Source: a virus (Duplodnaviria > Caudoviricetes). Taken from it: a DNA stretch of 59,964 nucleotides. Positions 1-10,714 of this stretch are shown here, in pieces (position 1 is the stretch's first letter; each line of letters opens with the position of its first letter). Under the pieces are notes generated by a model. The model searched no databases. It worked only from the letters and a program-made list of their open reading frames with translations, and was not told where the DNA came from. The translations under genes were made by a program, and so were the position numbers. Location: positions 1 through 59,964 of IMG/VR virus record IMGVR_UViG_3300031669_000026, one strand, 5' to 3'.

Positions 1-845
1 ATGACCACACAACTGCTACTCAGTTAGGATTTGAGAGTACAAGTCGATGGCTTGAACTTGTTTTGCCAGGTGCTGCTCGTCAAATGGATATAAGGATTTT
101 AGATAAAGATGGAAATCTTTTAACAACGGATCCGAAATTTATAGATTTGACAGTATATGATGATGGTGAAAAGATTATATGGTCAGGTAGATATCCTTCT
201 GAAACAACTGAAATAAAGAAACGAGAAGATGGTGCATATTTCTATCTTTTAAATGCTGGTGCAAGTCAAGCTGATTATATGTTATATTGGACGGTTTACA
301 TCGGAACAGGTTATACAAATATTGATGTTTTTCAATATGCTAAAGTTGCAAAGCCACGGGCTCTAATGTTGTTGCCAAATCTTCGCAATCAGTTGGATAA
401 GTCAATGAAAAATGTTCATGAGACTCATGGATGGGCAGACGACCAATTGTATTTGTTATTAGAGGGCGGAGTGCAAGAAATTTGTAAGGCGAATCCCCGT
501 GTCAATTATACTTTAGCAAATTATCCTATTGAAGAATGGTGGCAGTTGCTTATAGATTCTGCTACTTTATTGGGATTAATATCGCAGGGCATTTTTAGCA
601 TAGATTCTGATTTACATTATACTGATCAGGGTATTTCATTTTCTGTTGAACATGCTGGTCAAATAAATACATATTTAGGTTTTTTAGTAACAAGATTTAA
701 TGAAAGTATTCAAAAGTTTGGATTGAGACATTATGCAAAACCAAAATTATTAATGCAGCTTCCAAGAAGAATTTATGGCTACCAAGCGTTGGTTTCTGCA
801 GCGCCGTATGGCGTAAGTTTTCCACGAATATTTGGAAGACAATAA
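1..845 (+). CDS. Virion neck/head-tail adaptor-like protein, 5'-truncated
   Basis: The frame of ORF 63-845 is open back to position 3, so the real start is upstream of the window. Helical C-terminal half and position before the head-closure gene suggest the function. Confidence 0.5.
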   Translation, partial: DHTTATQLGFESTSRWLELVLPGAARQMDIRILDKDGNLLTTDPKFIDLTVYDDGEKIIWSGRYPSETTEIKKREDGAYFYLLNAGASQADYMLYWTVYIGTGYTNIDVFQYAKVAKPRALMLLPNLRNQLDKSMKNVHETHGWADDQLYLLLEGGVQEICKANPRVNYTLANYPIEEWWQLLIDSATLLGLISQGIFSIDSDLHYTDQGISFSVEHAGQINTYLGFLVTRFNESIQKFGLRHYAKPKLLMQLPRRIYGYQALVSAAPYGVSFPRIFGRQ

Positions 846-868
846 GTTTTAGAGTCAAGGAGATCAAG

Positions 869-1165
869 ATGAATAAAATAGATAAGAAAGATATGTGGGT
901 TTTGCTTTTGAGTACGGTGAGATATAGTATGGGAAGAATGACGTATATGTCTTCGCTTGCTCCTGAACTTGTTTTTCGTTATAAAGATTATCTCAATGAA
1001 TATCAATTGAAACAAATAAAGGAAGAAGTTGAAAAGGAGCTTGAATGCCATAACGTAATGAAAAAAGAAAAGATTCAAGAAGATTGGTTGGGACATGAAT
1101 GTGATGTAAATTCATGGATTAAATTTAAAAACGATTTGGAAGAATTATTAAAAAGAGGTGAATAA
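869..1165 (+). CDS. Hypothetical phage protein (98 aa)
   Basis: AGGAG RBS upstream; compact ORF abutting the next gene. Confidence 0.6.
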   Translation: MNKIDKKDMWVLLLSTVRYSMGRMTYMSSLAPELVFRYKDYLNEYQLKQIKEEVEKELECHNVMKKEKIQEDWLGHECDVNSWIKFKNDLEELLKRGE

Positions 1166-2170
1166 ATGGCAAGTTCAAAATTCAGAGGTGTTGATTGTAA
1201 TAGAGGAAAATGGAGAAGTAGGATAACGGTTTATGGAAAAAGTGTAAATCTAGGTTATTTTGAAAAAGAAGAAGATGCCGCTCATGCATATAATATAGCA
1301 AATAAAAAATATCATATAGAATTTGCTTTTTTGAAGAAATGGAAAAAACGTAGAAAAATGTCTGATGAAAATAAACAGAAGATATCTTTGAGTTTGTTTG
1401 GAAGGAAATTTTCTATTTTACATAGAAAAAAATTGAGTGAGGCAAGAAAAGGAAGAAAATTTGGTCAATTATCTGAAGCACACAGAGAAAAAATAGGATC
1501 AGCAAACAGAGGGAGGAAATTTACTGACGAACAGAAAAAAAGAATGAGTATTGGCCAGAAAGGAAAGAAATTATCGAAGGAACATATAAGGAAATTATGT
1601 TTATATTCACAAAGGAAAGATGTAAGAAAAAAAATGAGTGATATGAACAAAGGACAAAAAAATCCTATGTATGGAAAAACTCATTCGTCCGAAGCAAGAA
1701 AAAAAATAAGCGAAAGTAGTAAAAGAACATGGAATAATCCTAAACACAGAATTAAAATGTCTATGATAATATCAAAAGGAGTTAGGAAGAAGTGGAAAGA
1801 TACAAAGTATCAAAAATTGCAAAAAATTGCAAAGAATGCAAGTCCAAACAAGCCCGAAACAACTTTAATTAACTTGTTAAACGAAGTTTTACCAGGAAAA
1901 TATAAATTTGTAGGCGATGGAAGTTTTTATCCAAAAGGATGCGGTTTAAATCCTGATTTTATGAATATCAAAGGAAAGAAAAAACTAATAGAACATTTTG
2001 GTGATTGGTGGCATGGGGAAAAAATTCAAAAGAAATCCAAAAAATACCATGAGAGAGAAAGAATAAAACATTTTCGGAATTTTGGTTATGAAACATTGGT
2101 AATTTGGGAATATGAATTAAAAGACATAAAAAAAGTTGCAAGAAAGATTATGAATTTTGATAGGAGGTAA
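1166..2170 (+). CDS. Free-standing homing endonuclease: AP2 domain + NUMOD3 repeats + Vsr/DUF559-like PD-(D/E)XK nuclease
   Basis: N-terminal SKFRGV..KWRSRI..LGYF..EEDAAHAYN (AP2); repeated SExxxxKIS and NPMYGKTHS (NUMOD3); C-terminal PDF..IEHFGDWWHG..GYETLVIWE. Confidence 0.8.
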   Translation: MASSKFRGVDCNRGKWRSRITVYGKSVNLGYFEKEEDAAHAYNIANKKYHIEFAFLKKWKKRRKMSDENKQKISLSLFGRKFSILHRKKLSEARKGRKFGQLSEAHREKIGSANRGRKFTDEQKKRMSIGQKGKKLSKEHIRKLCLYSQRKDVRKKMSDMNKGQKNPMYGKTHSSEARKKISESSKRTWNNPKHRIKMSMIISKGVRKKWKDTKYQKLQKIAKNASPNKPETTLINLLNEVLPGKYKFVGDGSFYPKGCGLNPDFMNIKGKKKLIEHFGDWWHGEKIQKKSKKYHERERIKHFRNFGYETLVIWEYELKDIKKVARKIMNFDRR

Positions 2171-2171
2171 A

Positions 2172-3068
2172 ATGGGATATTGGGGCAATCCACGCCAAAG
2201 GTTGGAACAATTAAAATTTTGGTCAAGAGTACGAAATGCAAACGAATTTTTATTATCTATAAATGCTTTTGTAGGATATTTATGGATTCGTAAAACTGTC
2301 GGACAGCAGTGTACTTGTGTTAAAGATATTTCTGAACAGGCCGACAAGAAATGTTCAATTTGTTATGGAACAAAAATAGTAGGTGGATATGAACGATGGG
2401 GTTTTAATACAGTTTCTATGGATTCACAATTTGAAGGATTGGAAATAGATTCAAAATTGAGAATAAGAACTGATTTTACTCCACATAGAATAGTTTTGGA
2501 TAGAGGATGGGAGAGTGGTGAAATAATTACTCCTTATGTTGAGCCTCGACCAAATTTAGGATGGATTGGTTTTAATGCTGATGATTATGTATATGATTCA
2601 GAACATTCTGGAATAGATTATTATTGGCAGGAATATGGGAAAGATGAATGGAATTCAATAATAAATTTTCCAACTTTGGCTGTTATTGAAAGATATGTGA
2701 AATTTAAAATAGTTATACGAAGAAATAATCAAACTATAAAAAGCCCTGTTTGGGGTATGATTCAAGTAAGAAATAAAAACTTTATAAAAACTGAATTAAA
2801 TCTATCAAGAGAAAGGCCTTCTCAAAGAAAAGATAGAAGTAGGGAGAAATACGGAAATTTCGAAGTGGAAGATGGATTGAAGATGTGGACAATAAATGCT
2901 CCTGTTATAGATGATAATGATTTTATAGAATTACGAACAGGATTGAGAGAAAATAAAAGATACAGAGTAACAGGTTTTGAACAAAGCGAGCCAGGTGGAA
3001 TTTTATTAAGTCAGCACATGACTTTAAGAATTTTACAACCAAATGAAATTTATTATAAGGTATTCTAA
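2172..3068 (+). CDS. Neck/head-closure protein with CxC..CxxC motif
   Basis: QCTCV..CSICYGT motif typical of large-myovirus neck proteins; AGGAGG RBS favours ATG 2172 over 2157. Confidence 0.55.
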   Translation: MGYWGNPRQRLEQLKFWSRVRNANEFLLSINAFVGYLWIRKTVGQQCTCVKDISEQADKKCSICYGTKIVGGYERWGFNTVSMDSQFEGLEIDSKLRIRTDFTPHRIVLDRGWESGEIITPYVEPRPNLGWIGFNADDYVYDSEHSGIDYYWQEYGKDEWNSIINFPTLAVIERYVKFKIVIRRNNQTIKSPVWGMIQVRNKNFIKTELNLSRERPSQRKDRSREKYGNFEVEDGLKMWTINAPVIDDNDFIELRTGLRENKRYRVTGFEQSEPGGILLSQHMTLRILQPNEIYYKVF

Positions 3069-6000
3069 TGGCAACAAAGATTTGGACAACCAAAGAAGAT
3101 TTTGATAGTGGCAGTTTAAACAATGTAGTAGATCATCGTAATAATGATTTACAATTGGTTTACGCCTGGAGTTTTGGGGGAGATCTAAACGAAGCTAAAT
3201 ATAGTATGGCAGGGGCTGGAACACAAACTGCAGGTCTTTGTTTTGGTGGCGATAAAGATGGTAATGACGCACTTATAACAACAGAAGAATATGTTGGATC
3301 ATTATGGGCATGTGCTGGAGATTTAAATACTGGTCGGCGTAATTTGTCTGGTTGTGGTACTCAAACAGCGGCGCTCAGTATTGGCGGACGTACTACTATA
3401 GATGAAGTTATCACAGAAGAATATGATGGAACATCATGGGCATGTGCTGGAGATCTAAATGTAGCCAGATTTTGGATGGGCGGGGTTGGAACACTAACCG
3501 CTGGAATTTGTTTTGGTGGAAGAAATGGTGTTCCCACAAACTTTGATAGTACAGAAGAATATAATGGAACATCATGGTGTTCGGGGAATGGTTTAAGTGT
3601 AATAAAATTTGGTGTGGGTGGAGCAGGAACACAAACAGCAGCGCTTTGTTTTGGTGGTAGAAATATTGCTAGTTATGCTACAACAGAATATTACAATGGT
3701 ACTTCTTGGAGTTTAGATAGTGATTTAAATAAGGCTAGAGATAGGTTGGGAGGAACAGGAACACAGTCAGTGGCTTTGAGCTTTGGTGGTTATGACGGTG
3801 TTACTTATTTAGCAAATACAGAAGAATATAATGGTTCTATATGGACAGTAGCTTCAAGTTTGAATGTGTTAAGGTATCTTTCAATGGGAGCTGGAACTCA
3901 AGAAGCATTATGTGCGGGTGGTTCCGCCGCAGTAGGTTTTAGATTAGAAAGTACAGAAGAATATTGCCCAGTAGCATCAGGAACATGGACAGTAGATTTT
4001 GATAGTGGTTATAATCTTTCAGTTTGGGGAAGTACAAAATGGGATGATTTATCATGGTTAAATGCTGGCGGAGGTAGTTGCAAGGCCAGAGTGAAGTCTG
4101 CTACTACTCAAGGCGGTTTAGTTGGTGCCACTTGGTATCCTACTGGCGGAAGTGGTTATTATGAAACACAACCAGTAGATGTGGAGTGTCCGGACAATAG
4201 ATGGTATAGATTAGAAGTAACTTTAATAGAAGGTAGTACCCCACAAATAGAGCAAGTGGGTCAAGATTACAGTCCTCCCTTGCCAACAATTATTGGAAAT
4301 GCAAATATTCAAACTTATATATTTTATACAATAGGGGCAAATGGAAGAATTCAACCTGTTATAACTGCAAACAGTGAGATTAGTTTAAATGTTCCATTGT
4401 ATGCAAATGGAAGAATTCAACCAATAATAAATGCAGATGGGAGAATAAGTCCTGTTATATCAGCAAATGGAGAAATTGTTGGAAATGTTCCATTGTATGC
4501 TGTTGCAAGAATTCAACCATGTATAAACGCTGATGGAAGAATAAGATCTGTATTACCCGCTGTTGGAAGAATTCAACCTATTATAAGTGGAGACGGTAGA
4601 ATATGTCCCATAATAATTGCCAATGGAAGAATTCTTTATATGATTACAGCTAGTGGTAGAATAAGTCCGATCATTACAGCGACAGCAGTAATTTTTCCAA
4701 GCATAAGAGCTAGTGGAAGAATTCAACCTACTATAAGTTCTAATGCTGAGATTTGTTTGAATGTTCCATTGTACGCCGTAGCAAGAATTCAACCTGTTAT
4801 AACTGGCAATGGAAGAATTCAACTTATAACAACAGCTAGTGCAAGAATTGCACCATCTATAGGTGGTAATGCAGAAATTGCTTTAAATGTTTCATTGTAT
4901 GCAAATGGCAGGATAAGACTTCCAAATTATTCAAGTTATACTATTAATGCACTTGGAAGAATTATTGCAGAAAGACGAACAAAATTATTTATAAGCTCTG
5001 ATGTAAAAGAAAATATTTTATTATATCAACGATATCAAGATTTAAGAGGTTTGGTAGTAGATGAGAATTTTTATACTAGGGATGGATATGTAGTTCCTCG
5101 CAAGAGAGGAAGAACTAATTTAGGAAAATATTTGTTTGCATTACAGAGTCCGTTTTTCGCACAAACAGTATGGTCAGTGAATTTAAACAGTTCTTATCAA
5201 TTTGATATTTTAACTGATGCAGTTGGAATAGCTCCTTTTAGAATGGCATTAGCAAGAGGAGAGAATAGAATTGATGTAACTCGTAAAGAAACTAAAGTAG
5301 AATTGTTAGAAATACATCCTACAACCAGAACAAACATTACTCCTTTTGCAAAAACAGCAAGTATGATACAGAAAGAAACTTTTGTGATAAAGGATGTGAG
5401 TGGACAAAAAACAAGATTATTGGATAGTGAATATTCGTTTGTTAATACTAGTTATATTAAAATTGTAAGTTCTGCATACGATGCGTCTGCTATATATACA
5501 ATTTATTATGTGGTAATAAATCCAGGAGAATCTGAACCAGAAAAAAGAACGTATACTTCGTGGGTGAGAAGTTTAAATTATGTAACATGGTTTGGAGCGT
5601 ATTCTGAAGAATTAATGTCAATAGACGATTCTTCTGATGAAACTAAAGATGATACTTATTTGAAAACTGCTACACATCAGAGTTTGATAGATAATTTTGG
5701 AGCAACTTTAGCACGTACAGAACCTGATTCAAAATGGACAGTAGATGGTTATCGGGAGATTTTAGAAGAGTATTATCATTCATATTTAAGATCTTCAACA
5801 ACTCAAAAAGGTGTTAAAGATGGAATTGGAAATATAGTAACAATTCCTCCTAAATTGGAAAGTTATCAAAATTACAAAAAATGGATTTTGGGATGGCAAT
5901 GGCTTCCTACTAGGGAATTAAATGTTAATCCTATATCAGGATTTCCTGATGGATGGGTAATTAGTGGAGGAACATGTGAGGATTCAAATAATAAACTTTT

Positions 6001-6919
6001 TGGTAATAATGCGCTAAAAATCACCGTTTCAAGTGGTGCTACTGAAGTAATTATCGAATCTAATGCAATTTCGACATGGAAACGATTTATAAATCGAAAT
6101 TGGAGATTGAGAGGATGGTTATGTAAAGAAAGTGGACCAACACTAGGTATCAAACTTGGAATATCCGAAGATGGTGGAAATTCATGGAATTGGAATTCTC
6201 AAACTTTGACAAGTACATATAAAAGATTTACTTTTTCTAGACATGTTAGTAAATATGCTACGAATATCCGAATAAGATTTAAAATTACTGGACCAATAGC
6301 TGGAAAGATTATTTATCTGAATTGGCCATCTCTGGAAGAAATGAGAGATAAATGTTTGCATGTGGGATCTTCATCCTACTATCCTGAGACAATGAATTAT
6401 ATTCCTGCTACTTATGTAAATGCATACACATTTACAGTAGGAGGAAATAGAGTAGCGGAATTTACATATTTGAGAGACGTATGTGCAAATTGTGGAGTTG
6501 ATGATATAAAATATGGTAAGGTATCCCAAAGTTCGTACGTGGTTGCTACAGACATTACAACAGTTTTGTTGACAACAAGTATTTTAACTTCTAATTTGAC
6601 AGATGTTAAATTTACAGTTAATCCTGTTTATTGGTCAACTGTGCCAAGAAGTAAAGCAAAATCGTATCATGGGTTTAGAGTATTTTGTTGGGGAATTCAT
6701 ACTTTGACAGAGCAGGAAAAGAGATTAGTAGGATTTGTATCATCTGGTGGGATCAATGTTATGAATCCTGGAACAGGACATCCGTTTTACATCAAATCAG
6801 CAGAAGCGATTTTAGAACTAGTAGAGGAAGATGATTATAGAATTTATAGTTCTTATGATAATTTGAAAGCAGGACAGAAAACAAACATGGAAGTGGTGAA
6901 ACGAGAGGATATTGTATAA
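3068..6919 (+). CDS. 1283-aa multidomain structural protein (Kelch propeller, IxAxGRIxP repeats, baseplate-wedge-like and carbohydrate-binding-like regions)
   Basis: Six Kelch-like repeats, a long run of RIQP-type repeats, and a SLIDNFG..YREIL..GV segment reminiscent of gpI-type wedge proteins. Confidence 0.65.
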   Translation: MATKIWTTKEDFDSGSLNNVVDHRNNDLQLVYAWSFGGDLNEAKYSMAGAGTQTAGLCFGGDKDGNDALITTEEYVGSLWACAGDLNTGRRNLSGCGTQTAALSIGGRTTIDEVITEEYDGTSWACAGDLNVARFWMGGVGTLTAGICFGGRNGVPTNFDSTEEYNGTSWCSGNGLSVIKFGVGGAGTQTAALCFGGRNIASYATTEYYNGTSWSLDSDLNKARDRLGGTGTQSVALSFGGYDGVTYLANTEEYNGSIWTVASSLNVLRYLSMGAGTQEALCAGGSAAVGFRLESTEEYCPVASGTWTVDFDSGYNLSVWGSTKWDDLSWLNAGGGSCKARVKSATTQGGLVGATWYPTGGSGYYETQPVDVECPDNRWYRLEVTLIEGSTPQIEQVGQDYSPPLPTIIGNANIQTYIFYTIGANGRIQPVITANSEISLNVPLYANGRIQPIINADGRISPVISANGEIVGNVPLYAVARIQPCINADGRIRSVLPAVGRIQPIISGDGRICPIIIANGRILYMITASGRISPIITATAVIFPSIRASGRIQPTISSNAEICLNVPLYAVARIQPVITGNGRIQLITTASARIAPSIGGNAEIALNVSLYANGRIRLPNYSSYTINALGRIIAERRTKLFISSDVKENILLYQRYQDLRGLVVDENFYTRDGYVVPRKRGRTNLGKYLFALQSPFFAQTVWSVNLNSSYQFDILTDAVGIAPFRMALARGENRIDVTRKETKVELLEIHPTTRTNITPFAKTASMIQKETFVIKDVSGQKTRLLDSEYSFVNTSYIKIVSSAYDASAIYTIYYVVINPGESEPEKRTYTSWVRSLNYVTWFGAYSEELMSIDDSSDETKDDTYLKTATHQSLIDNFGATLARTEPDSKWTVDGYREILEEYYHSYLRSSTTQKGVKDGIGNIVTIPPKLESYQNYKKWILGWQWLPTRELNVNPISGFPDGWVISGGTCEDSNNKLFGNNALKITVSSGATEVIIESNAISTWKRFINRNWRLRGWLCKESGPTLGIKLGISEDGGNSWNWNSQTLTSTYKRFTFSRHVSKYATNIRIRFKITGPIAGKIIYLNWPSLEEMRDKCLHVGSSSYYPETMNYIPATYVNAYTFTVGGNRVAEFTYLRDVCANCGVDDIKYGKVSQSSYVVATDITTVLLTTSILTSNLTDVKFTVNPVYWSTVPRSKAKSYHGFRVFCWGIHTLTEQEKRLVGFVSSGGINVMNPGTGHPFYIKSAEAILELVEEDDYRIYSSYDNLKAGQKTNMEVVKREDIV
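3167..3964 (+). repeat. Six Kelch-like repeats (~45 aa), likely a 6-bladed beta-propeller
   Basis: W..xxDLN..R....G.GTQTAALxFGG.....TEEYxG repeated six times. Confidence 0.85.
4280..4970 (+). repeat. Low-complexity I-x-A-x-(G/A)-R-I-x-P repeats
   Basis: Many copies such as ANGRIQP, ADGRISP, AVARIQP; the nucleotide word GAATTCAACC recurs. Confidence 0.8.
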
Positions 6920-6935
6920 CATTATTGATAAAATT

Positions 6936-6945
6936 GTGTATAATA
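6936..6945 (+). promoter_or_regulatory. GTGTATAATA putative promoter element (class II)
   Basis: Same 10-mer occurs in intergenic gaps at 30979 and 48835. Confidence 0.45.
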
Positions 6946-6949
6946 CATT

Positions 6950-7510
6950 GTGGGAGATATTATATTGTTTCAGATGAAATTAAAAGTGGAGTTCGGAAAT
7001 ACATGGAATAGATTGAAAAATTCCTCCAATTGGGGCGATATTAGAAATGATTTGCTAGTTCGAATTTCTAATGAATTAATGGGAACAATATCTTCTACTG
7101 CAGCGGCCGGATGGAAGAGACCAACTGGATTGGGAGATCAGAGTTGGTATGTAACTGTTGATAAAGGTGGTGGATATGCAATAATAGGAAATAGACAACC
7201 GTACATGTATTGGCAAAACTTTGGAGTAGTAGCTCATCAAATGCGTTATTTACTAAATGTTGGTGAGAAGATGTATTTAGCTTTTGGAAAATATCCATAT
7301 TGGGCAAAAAAATTCATACCTGTAAGAACTGAAACAGGAACTATTGTTTTTAGAAGATGTACAGAAAAATCCATACGTGCCGGAGGATGGTGGAATCCTG
7401 GATATCCAGGGAAAAACTTTGTTAGGGACGGCATAGAACTTTATAGAAACACAGTTTTAAAACAGACATATCGTGATGTATTGTTACGTGGCGGAGCATT
7501 AAGGAGATAA
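6950..7510 (+). CDS. Tail completion/neck protein (HK97 gp10-like position)
   Basis: Basic protein with WWNPGYPGKNFV near the C-terminus, upstream of terminator and sheath; likely start ATG 6974. Confidence 0.5.
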   Translation: MGDIILFQMKLKVEFGNTWNRLKNSSNWGDIRNDLLVRISNELMGTISSTAAAGWKRPTGLGDQSWYVTVDKGGGYAIIGNRQPYMYWQNFGVVAHQMRYLLNVGEKMYLAFGKYPYWAKKFIPVRTETGTIVFRRCTEKSIRAGGWWNPGYPGKNFVRDGIELYRNTVLKQTYRDVLLRGGALRR

Positions 7511-7514
7511 ACAA

Positions 7515-7706
7515 ATGAGAATAAAAATGTCAGAAATAGAAGCAATGCCTAGAGATTATTGTGATAAATGCGGAAAAGAATTGGGAGATCCTACATCGTG
7601 GCACAGAGACATTTTAGGAAATAGATTTTGTAGTTATGCTTGTAAAGAAAATTATAAAAGAAAACAAGATAGACAACAAGATCAAAATAGACAAGGAGAG
7701 GTTTAA
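7515..7706 (+). CDS. Small TRASH/zinc-finger-like protein
   Basis: CDKCG..FCSYAC; GGAG RBS. Confidence 0.6.
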   Translation: MRIKMSEIEAMPRDYCDKCGKELGDPTSWHRDILGNRFCSYACKENYKRKQDRQQDQNRQGEV

Positions 7707-8410
7707 TGGCTTTTGGTAATTTTATAGAAAATGCAAAAAAGACTATAATACAACTTATTAGAGACCAGTTTAAGGATGAAGGCTGGGCCTTTGAAGAAAT
7801 GCCGAAAATGGAGAAGTTTAATTTTTATTCTGCAGATCCGTACGAAACTTTTGTTCGAGCATTAACAAGCCTTCCCGACATCGACCAACAATTGCCATTA
7901 ATTGCTGTAACAGTTGGAAGTTCTATTGGTAAAGAAATGGGAATAGGAAGATCAGGGGATTATTTAGGCATGGTAACAGACACTGATGGTTATTACTATA
8001 AAAGATATAGTTGTGCTGTAAATATGACAATAAATATTGATATAGGAAGTGAAGATGAAAATACTAGGACTGAATTAGTAGATATAGTGCTTGGATTATT
8101 TCAATTTTATATGAGGGAAAGGGGGTGGGAATATAATCCTCCAGAAGATTCAGAAGATATGTTTCAAATAATTTTTGATAAAATAGTGAATGTGATGGGA
8201 GAGAATGAAGTACCAAAGCCAGAAGGAGATGTGTACGACAAAATATTTGTAAATCGATTGTCTTTTAATGTGATTATGATAGATTATGTAGATAGGCTGG
8301 CGGAAGGTCAGGGTAAAATTGGCCCAGGAGTAGATGAAGCACATAAAGGACCAATTTCTGTTGAACCAGATCCAGATGGCCAAACAGGAGAAACTTATAA
8401 TTGGAAGTAG
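7706..8410 (+). CDS. Tail terminator/completion protein
   Basis: LPLIAV motif and acidic composition, directly upstream of the sheath. Confidence 0.55.
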   Translation: MAFGNFIENAKKTIIQLIRDQFKDEGWAFEEMPKMEKFNFYSADPYETFVRALTSLPDIDQQLPLIAVTVGSSIGKEMGIGRSGDYLGMVTDTDGYYYKRYSCAVNMTINIDIGSEDENTRTELVDIVLGLFQFYMRERGWEYNPPEDSEDMFQIIFDKIVNVMGENEVPKPEGDVYDKIFVNRLSFNVIMIDYVDRLAEGQGKIGPGVDEAHKGPISVEPDPDGQTGETYNWK

Positions 8411-8491
8411 AATAAAAAAAAACAAGGAGGTAAAACATGAAAGCAAAATTAATTATAATCTTAATAACCTTTGGAGAGGAGGTGTAACATT

Positions 8492-10183
8492 ATGAGTACA
8501 AGTAATTATCAACGACCCGGCGTTTATATTAGCCAGGATACAAGAGCAGTTCTCGCAGCTTTTGGAGGGTTGCCGAGAGCATTGTGTATTGTTGGAGAGG
8601 CAAGTAGATCGAAAGTTGTTTCAGATGAAATAGTAAGACGTGGTTATGTGTTAAAGGAAAGTATTACGCCCGCCGCCGCGTCTCCACATCAGGCTGAGTT
8701 AGATTATACGGCTAATCAAGTAAAAACAGATACAATAATGTATCGAGATAATGTAGAATTGGATCCTGATGGATGGGATTTTGATGACGCAACACATGTA
8801 ACTATCAAAGATTTTGCATTTACTGGAGGTTCTGTTTATACAATAAGCTATCAAGCAAGTGCAGTATCTCCGCCCGCAACTGATCCGTTAGTAAATGTAA
8901 CTATTGAATCAATATCAATGGTAGGAACTTATCCGAGAGTATCTTATTATGTTCAGGGAACGGATTATCAATTGACAGCTAATAAAGTGGATTGGACTCT
9001 TGGAGGAGCAGAACCAAATCTGGATACTTTTTACTATGTTTCATATACATATACAAGACCAGATACAGATTATAGTACTCCAAAATTAGCTTTTAGTTTG
9101 GATGAAGTGTTGAATGATGTTGGTGGTTTAGATGCTACCAATTATTTAGCAATAGGTGCTCAAATTGCATTTCAGCAAAATACACCATTTTTATGGTATA
9201 TGCAAGTTAAGGATGCTGATGCTGATGGAACTTATACAGTAAATGATTATAAGACTGCTGTGGATGGATGCAAATTGAAAGAGGAAATAACGGATATTTG
9301 TATTTTAATGCCAACTAATTTTAGTAATTCGGATTATGATTTATTAACTGCGTATGTACGTCAGCATGTAATTGATGAATCAAATATCTATAAAAAGCAC
9401 GAAAGAATTGGTTGGTTCGGAAGAAAGATAAATACGGATATAGGTGATAAATCAACACAATATACTTTTGTTTATACAGCATCACAGCTTTTGGTAGCTT
9501 TTGCTGGTAGTCCTGGAAGAGGAAGATTAGTATTGATTGGTCCGAGTTATTGTCAGAAGACTATTACTACAGAATCTGGAATGGAATTGACAATGACTTT
9601 AGATTCATCCTTTTTAGCATGTGCAGTTGCTGCAAAACAAAATAGTTTTGATAGCGTGGCAGATTCGTTGTTAAGAAAAACAATAACAGGATTTGATTCT
9701 ATTGAAGAGTGGAGTCCAGAACAGGTAGATTATTGTGCTGCTAGCGGAGTTTGTGTTGTAAGTTATGTAGGAGGATTGCATATATTGTTGGATCCGATTA
9801 CTACTGAAAGTGGAAATGCAATTGAATTTCAGGAAATATCAGCAACATGTCAAAGAGATTTGCTTACAAAAAGGATGAGAGAATATTTGGATGCAAATAT
9901 TATTGGTTTAGTTCCAGATGACCTTGATGACTTTTTATGGGATATAAAAGGAGCAATTGTATTGGTATTAAAAGCGGCTGTTTCAGATGGTGTGATTGGT
10001 ACTTTTACAGATGAAGATGGAACTACAAGGGAAGTAGATACAACAAAAGATATTGATGTGAAACGTGATTTAACAGATGCAACAAAATATCTTTTTAAAT
10101 ATTGGTTTAATCTCAGATATCCTGCTAAGAGATTGTTTGGTTCATATACTGTAGATACACCATTTTATGAACAGAAAGTATAA
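8492..10183 (+). CDS. Contractile tail sheath protein
   Basis: N-terminal YQRPGVYI; C-terminal sheath-like region ending YWFNLRYPAKRL; GGAGGTG RBS puts the start at ATG 8492. Confidence 0.9.
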   Translation: MSTSNYQRPGVYISQDTRAVLAAFGGLPRALCIVGEASRSKVVSDEIVRRGYVLKESITPAAASPHQAELDYTANQVKTDTIMYRDNVELDPDGWDFDDATHVTIKDFAFTGGSVYTISYQASAVSPPATDPLVNVTIESISMVGTYPRVSYYVQGTDYQLTANKVDWTLGGAEPNLDTFYYVSYTYTRPDTDYSTPKLAFSLDEVLNDVGGLDATNYLAIGAQIAFQQNTPFLWYMQVKDADADGTYTVNDYKTAVDGCKLKEEITDICILMPTNFSNSDYDLLTAYVRQHVIDESNIYKKHERIGWFGRKINTDIGDKSTQYTFVYTASQLLVAFAGSPGRGRLVLIGPSYCQKTITTESGMELTMTLDSSFLACAVAAKQNSFDSVADSLLRKTITGFDSIEEWSPEQVDYCAASGVCVVSYVGGLHILLDPITTESGNAIEFQEISATCQRDLLTKRMREYLDANIIGLVPDDLDDFLWDIKGAIVLVLKAAVSDGVIGTFTDEDGTTREVDTTKDIDVKRDLTDATKYLFKYWFNLRYPAKRLFGSYTVDTPFYEQKV

Positions 10184-10231
10184 AATGAAGAAAGGAATTT
10201 AAAATTTAATTTTTGGAGGAGGTGAATTTAT

Positions 10232-10684
10232 ATGGGTAGAGCGCCATTTACAAAAGCCATAACTCAACATATAGTTTCAATTAGAGTTAATGGTCAGACT
10301 ATAGGTTATATACAGCAGTGGAATGCATCACAAAGAAAGGATATAACTCGTGTTTTTGAGATTAATGCTGCGACTTCAGGAAGAGCAATTGAATTAGTTC
10401 CTGGAAATACTACCGAGGATACTATTGCTGTAAATAGATATGATATCTACAAAAAGTTAATGTGGAAGGCATTTGGTTTTGCAGCAACAATTGTCCATTT
10501 GTCAGATCATTTAAGACCTTTTGATGTTAAAGAAATTTGGAAAACACCACAAGGAGAAACTTACGGAACAATGTATACAGGATGTTGGTTTGCTGATACT
10601 GGAAGAGATATAGGTGCGACAGGTGAAAGAGTTATGATGGCTAGAGGAACATTACAAGTAACTGATAGAATTCCATTAAGATAA
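10232..10684 (+). CDS. Tail tube protein
   Basis: 150 aa directly after the sheath; IRVNGQTIGYIQ..ELVPG..YTGCW pattern. Confidence 0.85.
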   Translation: MGRAPFTKAITQHIVSIRVNGQTIGYIQQWNASQRKDITRVFEINAATSGRAIELVPGNTTEDTIAVNRYDIYKKLMWKAFGFAATIVHLSDHLRPFDVKEIWKTPQGETYGTMYTGCWFADTGRDIGATGERVMMARGTLQVTDRIPLR

Positions 10685-10714
10685 TTTTTATGAAAATGAA
10701 TTTGGAGGTGAAAC

